DNA of 32,000 nucleotides from Candidatus Saccharimonas aalborgensis (GCF_000392435.1 NC_021219.1:540001-572000); one strand, 5' to 3'; positions 24,677 to 32,000 are shown, counted from the stretch's first letter. Numbers and translations are program-made. The notes: generated from the sequence alone by a model not told the origin.

Positions 24677-24768
24677 GGAGAGGTGACCGAGTGGTTGAAG
24701 GTGCACGCCTGGAAAGTGTGTGTGCGGGGCAACCCGCACCGTGAGTTCGAATCTCATCCTCTCCGCCA
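24677..24768 (+). tRNA. tRNA-Ser (anticodon GGA), CCA encoded
   Basis: Acceptor GGAGAGG/CCTCTCC, anticodon arm CACGC-CTGGAAA-GTGTG, long variable arm (GCGGGGCAACCCGCACC), T arm GTGAG-TTCGAAT-CTCAT, then G-CCA. Confidence 0.9.
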
Positions 24769-24888
24769 AGACTATAGCGATGGACTAAGCAGCAGTCGTT
24801 ATAAAATAAATGATCTTAAGATATGACAGTGCCCCGTTCCCTCTCGCGAGGAAACGGGGCTACCATCATCAGCGTGTTGCGCCGGTCG

Positions 24889-25539
24889 TCAGTAGACGAC
24901 GACGCGCGTACCGATCGGCGACGAGTCGAACACCCGCTTGGCGCCTGTCATGTCGCGCAGGTTCACGCAGCCGTGGCTGCCTCCAGACGGACTGCTCCAA
25001 CCCCACTCGGCGAACTCGTCGCTGAAGTGGATGGCGTAGCCGCCGATGAAGAACAATGAGAAGGGCATGCGCGCGCCATATTTGTAACTGTAAGCCGCGG
25101 GGTTTCGGTAGTAGACCCGGAAGACACCCCGCGGGGTGTTCATGCCGGGGCGACCGAAGCGCGCGTCGAGCGTGCCGGTGACTTGACCGTTCACGACGAC
25201 GAACAGCTTGTTGGCACCGGTGCTCGCGCAGAGCGCGATGCCCTTGATCTGGCAACGCGGGTCGATGCCGCTGATCGCGGGGTAGGCCGGCGCGGCCGGC
25301 TTGACGACCTTCTTCTTCGTCTTCTTCTTGGCTTTCTTTTTCGCCTTCTTGACCTTCTTCTTGGCGGTCGTCTTGGTCGCCACCACGCTGTGGTAGGCGG
25401 TGGTGACACCGGACGAGACCGGCGCGGCTGTGGCCGAGCTGGCGCCGACGAAGCCACCGAGCAAGCTGACGACGAGCGAGAGGATGGCGATGAAGGCGAG
25501 ACGGATACCGAACTTGTTTTTGCTGATGATGGGGTGCAT
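24889..25539 (-). CDS. L,D-transpeptidase (YkuD) domain protein with signal peptide and Lys-rich linker (216 aa)
   Basis: Catalytic motif ..YAIHFSDEFAEWGWSSPSGGSHGCVNLRD. N-terminal signal/anchor IRLAFIAILSLVVSLLGGFVGASSATA. Linker TAKKKVKKAKKKAKKKTKKKVVKP. ATG at 25539 is preceded by AAGGAGG (8-nt spacer); the track begins at GTG 25548. Terminator-like hairpin at 24831-24860. Confidence 0.8.
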   Translation of the reverse strand: MHPIISKNKFGIRLAFIAILSLVVSLLGGFVGASSATAAPVSSGVTTAYHSVVATKTTAKKKVKKAKKKAKKKTKKKVVKPAAPAYPAISGIDPRCQIKGIALCASTGANKLFVVVNGQVTGTLDARFGRPGMNTPRGVFRVYYRNPAAYSYKYGARMPFSLFFIGGYAIHFSDEFAEWGWSSPSGGSHGCVNLRDMTGAKRVFDSSPIGTRVVVY

Positions 25540-25639
25540 CCCCACCACCTCCTTTTCTTTGGAGTCGGGGACTGACTGTGCTACTTTAACATGTTATAGA
25601 TAGTTTGTCTATATAAGAAGCCGAACTCTATAAAAAGCG

Positions 25640-25669
25640 AATGGCCCACCCCGTGAGGGATGGGCCATT
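25640..25669 (-). terminator. Rho-independent terminator of the 199-aa island gene
   Basis: AATGGCCCA (25640-25648) pairs with TGGGCCATT (25661-25669). On the minus strand it is followed by CGCTTTTTA. Confidence 0.65.
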
Positions 25670-25683
25670 GCCTGGATGGGGTA

Positions 25684-26283
25684 CTAGCGGCGCGTGAGGG
25701 TTGCGCCCTCGGGCAGTGCTTCGAACTGGGCGTATTCGGGTCGCGGCGTGTTGTCGCCACCAGCCCAGTACTGCCCCTCGCCACGCTTGGCGATCTGGGC
25801 CGAGCAGTGACGTGCAATGCCGTCCGTGAGCTTGTCGAGGAATTCGACCATGACCTTGCGGTCGTTGGCCTGACTCAGCCCGCTGCCGGCACCGGGGAAG
25901 CCGCGGTGAACCACGGCGTGCCCGAAGCGGAACTGCCCGCTGCCGAGTCGCCAGGGCTCCTCGGCGAAGACGGTCTCCATGGACACGCCGGGGTTCAACT
26001 GCATCCAGTCCAGTTTGGCCGCGGCGTTGACCAGGCGACGACGCGGTCCATCACCGAGGTGGAACTCCAGTAACACGTCGTCGAGGTAGGGCCGGCCGTG
26101 CTCGCGTACGGGGCTACAGACCAGGCCGCTGTAGGTGGCGCCAGGTTGTTCCTCGCCCTGCTCGATGAGCCAGGCGAGGTACCAGTGCACGTTGAACATG
26201 GCTCGCCTGACGGCCTGATCAAACACGTCGATGTCGCAATCGAAGGGAAGGGCGTCGACGTGCAGACGGAAGCTGTCGGTCAT
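25684..26283 (-). CDS. Hypothetical cytoplasmic protein (199 aa), high-GC, no family recognised
   Basis: Start set at ATG 26283 (MTDSFRLHVDALPF) with a GAGGAAA RBS; the track start at 26325 adds 14 aa. No signal peptide or TM segment. GC3-rich codon usage like the neighbouring ldt gene. Confidence 0.6.
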   Translation of the reverse strand: MTDSFRLHVDALPFDCDIDVFDQAVRRAMFNVHWYLAWLIEQGEEQPGATYSGLVCSPVREHGRPYLDDVLLEFHLGDGPRRRLVNAAAKLDWMQLNPGVSMETVFAEEPWRLGSGQFRFGHAVVHRGFPGAGSGLSQANDRKVMVEFLDKLTDGIARHCSAQIAKRGEGQYWAGGDNTPRPEYAQFEALPEGATLTRR

Positions 26284-26400
26284 GATTTCCTCACAGGATC
26301 GAGCTCTGAACCCCCATGGTTCCAAGCAATATGCTAATTATAGCATAAAAACTATAAAACAACAATACCCTAAGGAGTACAAAGCAAAACAGCCCGCTCG

Positions 26401-27609
26401 TTATTGACGGGCAAAAATCTCTTTGAGGCTGAGTTTGCGGCTGTATTCGAGTGCGCCAAAGCGGAAAATACGAACGGCAATGCTCATTACAATAAAGGTG
26501 GTGATGCTCAGAATGACGATAGACAGCCCAATTTCCCATCCCTGGAGATTGCCCAGAGCATTTCGGAGGAGGAGGGGAATAGGAGCGGTGAAAGGAAATA
26601 GTGTGAGAAATACAACGAACGAGCTGGTAGGAGCGGATACAAACAACGAAGCGGCGTAGAGGGGCCCAAAGATGAGCATCATGACAATGCCAAAGAACCC
26701 GCCTGCTTCTTTGGCTGTTGGCACAGCGGCGCCAATGGCGACAAGGAGTCCAGTAAACAGCAAGAAGCTAAGGATGAAGAACAGCGCTCCGAGCAAGATG
26801 CGGGTTGGGTCAACTGGCAGGGCAGTGAGGTCGATTGAAGGGAGTGAGAGTTTTTCGCGGAAGCCAAAATAGCCGATGAGCGCGGGGACGACAATAACGA
26901 CCGCCTGGATTACTGCCAGTATGACAAGCGAAATGATCTTTCCAATGATGAGCGTGCGAGCCTCAATGGTGGTGAGAATCATCTCGATAACGCGATTTTC
27001 TTTTTCTTCGGTGGTGCTTGTCAGCATTTGGTTGCCAAAGAATGCGATAAGGAGATAAAACAGCACAAGAAAGACTCCTGGCAAGATCATCTGCTTCACT
27101 GCATCGTAGGGGGCACCATTACGGTAGATAATAGTGTTGTATGTCGTTGTATCTTGCACAACGGATTTGACTTCTGGTGAGACAGTGGCATTTGCTGACA
27201 TGCTGAGCAAGTTCTTGGCAACCCCCTCGTAGCGCCCGTTATCAAAGAGGCTGACGTCTTTTCCATAGACTTCAACGGGAGTCTTATCGATGTTCTCGGG
27301 GTAGTAGAAATAGGCATCTGTCTTGCCAGCCTTGACATCCTCGATGCCTTGGTTTTTGTCAGTTACCTGCTTGATATTGAGGCCACTCGCAATAGTAGGA
27401 TTGATAAGTTTCGAACGGTCGGTCATCTCAATAGTGAAAGACTGCTTCTCGAGTTGTTTGGTGGCATCGTCCGTCGTCTTGTTTGAAAAAAAGATGATAC
27501 CAAACAGTGCTACAAGCATAATGGGGAACCCAAGCGCCATAATCCAAAATGATTTTTTCTTGAGCGTGCGGAGTATTTCAAATTTGATGACAGTCGTAAG
27601 ATTATGCAT
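26401..27609 (-). CDS. ABC-2 type transporter permease (NatB-like, 402 aa)
   Basis: N-terminal TM helix, a large external domain, and 5 C-terminal TM helices. Start set at ATG 27609, which overlaps the ATPase stop by 8 nt (ATGCATAA). Confidence 0.75.
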   Translation of the reverse strand: MHNLTTVIKFEILRTLKKKSFWIMALGFPIMLVALFGIIFFSNKTTDDATKQLEKQSFTIEMTDRSKLINPTIASGLNIKQVTDKNQGIEDVKAGKTDAYFYYPENIDKTPVEVYGKDVSLFDNGRYEGVAKNLLSMSANATVSPEVKSVVQDTTTYNTIIYRNGAPYDAVKQMILPGVFLVLFYLLIAFFGNQMLTSTTEEKENRVIEMILTTIEARTLIIGKIISLVILAVIQAVVIVVPALIGYFGFREKLSLPSIDLTALPVDPTRILLGALFFILSFLLFTGLLVAIGAAVPTAKEAGGFFGIVMMLIFGPLYAASLFVSAPTSSFVVFLTLFPFTAPIPLLLRNALGNLQGWEIGLSIVILSITTFIVMSIAVRIFRFGALEYSRKLSLKEIFARQ

Positions 27610-28348
27610 TGTCTTGCTCCTCTTCTTCGTTCTCATCGCCGTATACTTGGACAAAGATATCGTCGAGTGACTTGCCGCCAAACTTCTTCTTTACTTCTGC
27701 GACCGTACCGTAGGCGTGAGCCTTACCGTCTTTGAGGAGAATGATTCGGTCGCAGAGTCGCTCGACTTCCTCCATCTGGTGCGTCACCATAATGACGGTG
27801 GCCCCTTTTTGCTGGTGCTCCTCTATAATGTTCATGAGCAAACGGCGGTTGACTGGGTCGAAGCCTTTTGTCGGCTCATCGAGAATGAGCAGTTCGGGGT
27901 TGTCCATAATCGTAATGCCAAGTTGGATCTTTTGTTGCTGTCCGCCTGATAACTTATCGAGACGGGTTGCTGCTTTGTCGGAGAGCTTGACTCTCTCGAG
28001 GAATTTTAACGCTTCGTCTCGTGCCTCCTCGCGTGTCATGCCTTTGAGCTGGCCAAAATATACCATGACATCAAGGACCTTCTCCTTTTTGTAGAGCCCG
28101 CGCTCCTCTGGTAAATAGCCAAGCTTGATTCCGCCACTCACACTGTAGGGTGCGCCATCAACAAGTAATTTGCCGGATGTTGGCGGGTAGATACCGAGAA
28201 GGGCGCGGATGGTGGTTGTCTTGCCGCAGCCGTTACTGCCGAGCAACCCAAATGTTTCACCCCTCTTTACTTCAAAGGACAGGTCGTTGATGATCTTTGT
28301 TTTGCCAAATTGCATCGCAAAACCAGAGATTGAGATGATAGATTCCAT
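27602..28348 (-). CDS. ABC transporter ATP-binding protein (NatA-like, 248 aa)
   Basis: Walker A GSNGCGKTTT, signature LSGGQQQKIQL, Walker B LLILDEPTKGFD. Start set at ATG 28348 (MESIISISGFAMQFG); the track's 37-aa extension is Cys/Ser-rich and looks non-coding. Confidence 0.85.
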   Translation of the reverse strand: MESIISISGFAMQFGKTKIINDLSFEVKRGETFGLLGSNGCGKTTTIRALLGIYPPTSGKLLVDGAPYSVSGGIKLGYLPEERGLYKKEKVLDVMVYFGQLKGMTREEARDEALKFLERVKLSDKAATRLDKLSGGQQQKIQLGITIMDNPELLILDEPTKGFDPVNRRLLMNIIEEHQQKGATVIMVTHQMEEVERLCDRIILLKDGKAHAYGTVAEVKKKFGGKSLDDIFVQVYGDENEEEEQDNA

Positions 28349-28400
28349 ACAGCAAAGTGTAACACAAGGACTCGGTGAGGTGAGATCAAATGAGCAAGCG

Positions 28401-28416
28401 ACACTATATATAGCGT
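28401..28416. promoter_or_regulatory. NrdR-box-like palindrome ACACTATATATAGCGT
   Basis: 15 of 16 positions match ACACTATATATAGTGT, my concrete reading of the degenerate published NrdR-box consensus acaCwAtATaTwGtgt. It lies in the 330-bp ABC/nrdA divergent region. Related palindromes are at 28525-28538 (ACTACATATGTAGT) and 31383-31398. Confidence 0.35.
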
Positions 28417-28678
28417 AGTAAATACTACAATGTACACTACAAGGTGTTGTGTAAGGCATTGTGAAAAAAACATAGACAAAATGCTTGAAATCGGCACATG
28501 TAGTGGGTATAGTCTTACGCAGACACTACATATGTAGTAGTTCAGCAAAATAGACACAAAGGCAAGGATATCGTAAAGCTAGCTCACCACACTAGTGGGC
28601 GGTTTTCTTGCTTGTATGCACTGGGGGGTGTTGTGTCGAGAAGAAGGTACAAACTATAACAAAAAGGAATAGAGGGTA

Positions 28679-31090
28679 ATGAACGGAATTCATGTGGTAA
28701 AACGCGATGGCACCCGCGAACCATTTGACGCCAACAAGATCAATCTCGCGCTTGTGAAAGCAAGCGAGGGTTTGCCAGATCAGATTCAAAAAGTTGTGCA
28801 GGTAGCGACTGAACTGCAACTTACACTCTTTGATGGAATCACTAGTGAAGAGTTAGATGAAGCAGTTATTCATACGGCACTTCAGAATGTCAAAGATGAT
28901 CCTGATTTTGATACTATCGCTGCACGGCTGCTGCTCAAGAATGTCTACAAGAACATCCTGGGCGACTATAAAGACGACGCCGAGCTCAAAAAATTACACG
29001 AGAAGGCTTTTCCTCAGTACTTGAAGACAGCGGTCAAGGAGGGACTTCTCGATAAGCGAATGGTTGACCCAGCTTTGTTTGATGTTAAGAAACTTGCGGC
29101 TGCACTTGACCCGCAACGTGATGCACTGAGCAAATATCTTGGGGTTATTACCAATAAGAATCGCTATGCACTTCGTAAACAAAATGGCGAGCCGGTAGAA
29201 ACCCCGCAATTTACGCATATGCGAATTGCCATGGGATTAAGTTTCAACGAAAAGGACCCTACCGCTGCGGCACTTGATTTTTATAGGCATATGAGTAATC
29301 TCGATTATTTGCCTGGTGGAAGTACGCGAGTCAACGCCGGAGGTTCATTTCCGCAACTATCGAACTGCTTTGTGATTGATGTCGACGATGACATGGAGGC
29401 AATTGCTAAATCGATTCGCGACACGATGTGGATTGCCAAGGGTACTGGCGGTATTGGTATCAGCATGAACAAACTACGTGCCGCGGGCAGTCCTGTCAAA
29501 ACGACAAATACGGTGAGTACGGGACCATTGCCGTTTATGAAGATGATCGATACTGCTCTGTTTGCCGTTAGTCGCAAGGGCAAGAAGGCTGGTGCAGCGG
29601 CTATTTATATGGAGAACTGGCATGTCAACTTTCCTGGATTTATGGAGCTCCGTCAAAATAGCGGTGACCCCTATTTCCGAACTCGGTTTGCCAATATCGC
29701 CGTTTACATCAGTGACGAGTTTATGCGCCGTGTGCAAAAAGAGCAGGATTGGTATATGTTTGATCCCGCCGAGACGCCTGATCTGAGCGAGCTCTACGGA
29801 GACGCATTTGCAAAGCGATACAACGAGTATGTCAAACTCGCAAAGGCTGGAAAACTGCGAGAGTTTAAGACCGTGCCTGCACGCCAACAGTGGCGACAGA
29901 TTTTGACGAGTCTTCAGGCGAGCAGCCACCCCTGGATCACCTGGAAAGATACCATCAATGTGCGCGCGCTCAACAACAACCGCAGCACCATCCATAGTAG
30001 TAATCTGTGTACCGAGATTACCTTGCCAAATGACGAAAAGAATATTTCTGTCTGCAATCTCGTGAGTATAAATCTGAGCGCCTTTCTAGATGTTGATAAA
30101 AAAGTCTGGGACTGGAAGCGGCTTGAGGCGGCAACACGTAGCGCCATTCGACAGCTTGATAATTTATGTGATATTACCGACACGCCAATTCCCGAGGCGA
30201 TCAACAGCATTCAGACGACGCGTGCTCTCGGGCTTGGCATCATGGGCTTCACTGATGTCATCGAAAAATTGGGTTATAGCTATGAGAGTGAAGAGGCCTA
30301 TGATACGATGGATCAACTCGCCGAATATATTAGCTACTATGCGATTGATGAATCAGCTGAACTTGCCAAAACGCGAGGGAGCTATCCTGATTTTAAGGGT
30401 AGTGGATGGAGCAAGGGTCAATTGCCGATCGACACTGTCGATGCGCTGGCCAAAGACCGTAGTGTCGCCGTAGATGTCACTCGCAAAACTCGTCTCGACT
30501 GGGAAGCGCTACGCAAAAAAACGACAAAAGGCATGCGTAATGCAACACTTATGGCGATTGCTCCGACAGCAAATATCGCCCACGTGGCAGGTACAACACC
30601 CGGTATTGACCCACAGTTTGGACAAATATTTAGCCGCAGCACCCTCAATGGCAAGTTTCTCGAGGTTAATACCAATCTTGTGCGAGATCTGAAGGCACTA
30701 GGTATCTGGAATGAAGTAAAGGACCAACTTCTCATCGAGCAAGGTGATCTGACGAATATCGATACAGTGCCGCAACACCTGAAAGACGTCTACAAGACAT
30801 GCTTCCAGCTCAGCCCATTCGCGTTTGTCGAAGTAGCAGCGCGAGCCCAGAAATGGGTCGACCAGGCAATCAGCCGCAATATGTATCTCGAAAGCCGCAG
30901 CATCGACGACATGGAGAAGGTCTATATGGGTGCGTGGAAGCGTGGTCTCAAAACTACCTACTATTTGCACATGAAACCGCGCCATCAGGCCGAGCTCAGT
31001 ACCGTAAAGGTCAACAAAGCTGACGCAATTGTCGATAGTAGCGGCGCGCGAAAGAGCGGATTTGGATTTGCAAAGAAGCAGGCGGCATGA
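28679..31090 (+). CDS. nrdA: Ribonucleoside-diphosphate reductase alpha subunit (class I, N-terminal ATP-cone), 803 aa
   Basis: ATP-cone start (VVKRDGTREPFDANKI). Active-site blocks LSNCFVI, NLCTEITLP and VCNLVSINL. C-terminal TTYYLH tyrosine pair. AGAGGG RBS. The 40-residue tail after YY contains no Cys. Confidence 0.93.
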   Translation: MNGIHVVKRDGTREPFDANKINLALVKASEGLPDQIQKVVQVATELQLTLFDGITSEELDEAVIHTALQNVKDDPDFDTIAARLLLKNVYKNILGDYKDDAELKKLHEKAFPQYLKTAVKEGLLDKRMVDPALFDVKKLAAALDPQRDALSKYLGVITNKNRYALRKQNGEPVETPQFTHMRIAMGLSFNEKDPTAAALDFYRHMSNLDYLPGGSTRVNAGGSFPQLSNCFVIDVDDDMEAIAKSIRDTMWIAKGTGGIGISMNKLRAAGSPVKTTNTVSTGPLPFMKMIDTALFAVSRKGKKAGAAAIYMENWHVNFPGFMELRQNSGDPYFRTRFANIAVYISDEFMRRVQKEQDWYMFDPAETPDLSELYGDAFAKRYNEYVKLAKAGKLREFKTVPARQQWRQILTSLQASSHPWITWKDTINVRALNNNRSTIHSSNLCTEITLPNDEKNISVCNLVSINLSAFLDVDKKVWDWKRLEAATRSAIRQLDNLCDITDTPIPEAINSIQTTRALGLGIMGFTDVIEKLGYSYESEEAYDTMDQLAEYISYYAIDESAELAKTRGSYPDFKGSGWSKGQLPIDTVDALAKDRSVAVDVTRKTRLDWEALRKKTTKGMRNATLMAIAPTANIAHVAGTTPGIDPQFGQIFSRSTLNGKFLEVNTNLVRDLKALGIWNEVKDQLLIEQGDLTNIDTVPQHLKDVYKTCFQLSPFAFVEVAARAQKWVDQAISRNMYLESRSIDDMEKVYMGAWKRGLKTTYYLHMKPRHQAELSTVKVNKADAIVDSSGARKSGFGFAKKQAA

Positions 31091-31155
31091 GATGAAGCAG
31101 CACTTGAATTAATCCACTAACACCACATCAACAGAATAATAGGAGGGGATACCAA

Positions 31156-31329
31156 ATGAACGCATCAACTATCATCAACGACAATATGTCACTCGAGGAA
31201 AAACTTCAAGCTATCAGTGATGCTATGGAGGCTGCGCAGGCCTCGGTAAACGAGCAGGCAGCCCGCTCGGGGCAAACGGCCGCACCAATTGATCCAGCGA
31301 CGTTTACGATTTGCGACGGCTGCGAATAA
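31156..31329 (+). CDS. Small ORF (57 aa) between nrdA and nrdB, ending in CDGCE
   Basis: Below the ORF-track size cutoff. Strong RBS TAGGAGGGGAT ending 6 nt before ATG 31156. Sequence MNASTIINDNMSLEEKLQAISDAMEAAQASVNEQAARSGQTAAPIDPATFTICDGCE. Same strand as the operon, in a different frame from nrdA. Confidence 0.55.
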   Translation: MNASTIINDNMSLEEKLQAISDAMEAAQASVNEQAARSGQTAAPIDPATFTICDGCE

Positions 31330-31436
31330 CCAGTGACTGCCAGGTGTAGCGCGCTCAGTTGAGAGTTAGCTTGTTTCGTGTCATACTATATATAGATATA
31401 TTAGTGAGCAGGATAAAAGATAAGGAGGAAACAAGG

Positions 31437-32000
31437 ATGGGTAAAATCTTAGGCTCCGGCATCCAAGACGGACTATTACTGAAACCAATCAACTATCAAT
31501 GGGCGATGGACCTCTATGATCAGGCAGTTGCGAACACGTGGTTTCCTAACGAGATTCAACTGGCGCAGGATTTAGCTGACTGGGAAAAAATGACCGATGA
31601 AGAGCGTCATGCAGTGACATTTTTGATGAGCTACTTCAACCCCAACGAGCTGTTGGTCAATAAGGCGTTGGCATTTGGTGTCTATCCCTACGTCAATGCA
31701 GCGGAGTGCCACCTCTATCTTGCCAAGCAAATGTGGGAAGAGGCGAATCACTGCATGGCGTTTGAGTACGTGCTCGACACGTTTCCGATCGATCGCGAAG
31801 CCGCCTATAGTGCCCATGTTGATGAGAAGGTCATGGCAGTCAAGGAAGAGTTTGAGACGAAGTACATCAAACGGATGACCGAAGACACGATGGATATCAC
31901 GACAACTGAGGGCAAAAAAGATTTCATCCGTAACCTTATCGCCTACAATATCATTCTCGAGGGCATTTGGTTCTACTCGGGATTCATGGTGGCACTTAGT
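31437..32000 (+). CDS. nrdB: Ribonucleoside-diphosphate reductase beta subunit, class Ic-like (first 188 codons; continues past window end)
   Basis: Open-ended, so absent from the track. AAGGAGG RBS at 31422-31428. Ferritin-like R2 blocks FNPNELLV, WEEANHCMAFEYV and IILEGIWFYSGF. Phe109 (31761-31763) sits four residues after the ligand His, where class Ia has the radical Tyr. Confidence 0.9.
   Translation, partial: MGKILGSGIQDGLLLKPINYQWAMDLYDQAVANTWFPNEIQLAQDLADWEKMTDEERHAVTFLMSYFNPNELLVNKALAFGVYPYVNAAECHLYLAKQMWEEANHCMAFEYVLDTFPIDREAAYSAHVDEKVMAVKEEFETKYIKRMTEDTMDITTTEGKKDFIRNLIAYNIILEGIWFYSGFMVALS

Larger units (their letters stand above)
24831..26330. other. High-GC island of probable foreign (actinobacterial-like) origin carrying two genes
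   Basis: Hand counts: 41/60 G+C at 24901-24960 and 44/60 at 25861-25920, against 29/60 at 24421-24480 and 28/60 at 26401-26460. Third codon positions are strongly G/C-biased. The island lies directly downstream of tRNA-Ser(GGA). Confidence 0.65.

Noticed and set aside
24810-26337. Many overlapping ORFs in all frames (e.g. 24869-25255, 25183-25575, 25191-25457, 25660-26073, 26098-26337)
   Set aside because: These are the expected result of ~70% G+C, which makes stop codons rare. Only the 24889-25539 frame (YkuD motif, signal peptide, AAGGAGG RBS) and the 25684-26283 frame (RBS, terminator, G/C-ending codons) look genuine. The others are Arg/Pro/Ala-rich shadows.
28267-28819. Track ORFs 28267-28557 (-) and 28592-28819 (-) in and around the nrdA upstream region
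   Set aside because: They lie in the AT-rich regulatory region or antisense to the nrdA 5' end, have no RBS, and have implausible composition.
29305-30985. Several 90-170-aa ORFs antisense to or out of frame within nrdA (e.g. 29474-29995, 30090-30473, 30418-30735)
   Set aside because: They lie inside an 803-aa ORF with all the class I R1 catalytic motifs, so they are shadow ORFs.

Overview
Compact, gene-dense chromosomal window. Hand-counted 60-nt samples of the backbone give 47-48% G+C. The gene content fits a reduced-genome Patescibacteria/CPR bacterium of the Saccharibacteria (TM7) type; this is inferred from gene families, not from a search. Left end: an open-ended VirB6/TrbL-like type IV secretion (T4SS) membrane protein (1-2073, minus strand, absent from the supplied ORF track). 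It is divergent from an operon of six small VirB2/TrbC-like pilin paralogs (2181-4551); a seventh paralog lies at 10043-10465. Next come Hsp20, ComFC, five tRNAs (Ser-UGA, Arg-GCG, Ser-GCU, Ser-CGA, Ser-GGA), a GT-C-like membrane protein, HIT, RlmH and ValRS. A peptidoglycan side-chain cluster follows (two FemAB-family transferases plus an N-terminally short MurE-like ligase), interleaved with tsaC-tsaD. Then three small acidic or Pro-rich proteins, a PGI/PMI-type SIS protein, and a MacB-type and an ABC-2-type exporter. The right end is a class I ribonucleotide reductase operon: nrdA, an unlisted 57-aa ORF, and nrdB (open at 32000). Main observations: (1) the multi-paralog pilin array beside the VirB6-like gene; (2) a ~1.5-kb island of 68-73% G+C (L,D-transpeptidase plus an unknown protein) next to a tRNA-Ser gene carrying a duplicated 5' fragment; (3) NrdB has the class Ic signature (Phe at the radical-Tyr position, Glu at the first metal-ligand position), NrdA lacks the C-terminal Cys pair, and the 57-aa ORF between them ends in CDGCE; (4) a recurrent TGnTAnnnT-N6/7-start-codon arrangement suggesting leaderless mRNAs; (5) duplicated tRNA-Ser ends bracketing structured spacers. 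No CRISPR array, rRNA, transposase or integrase was seen.
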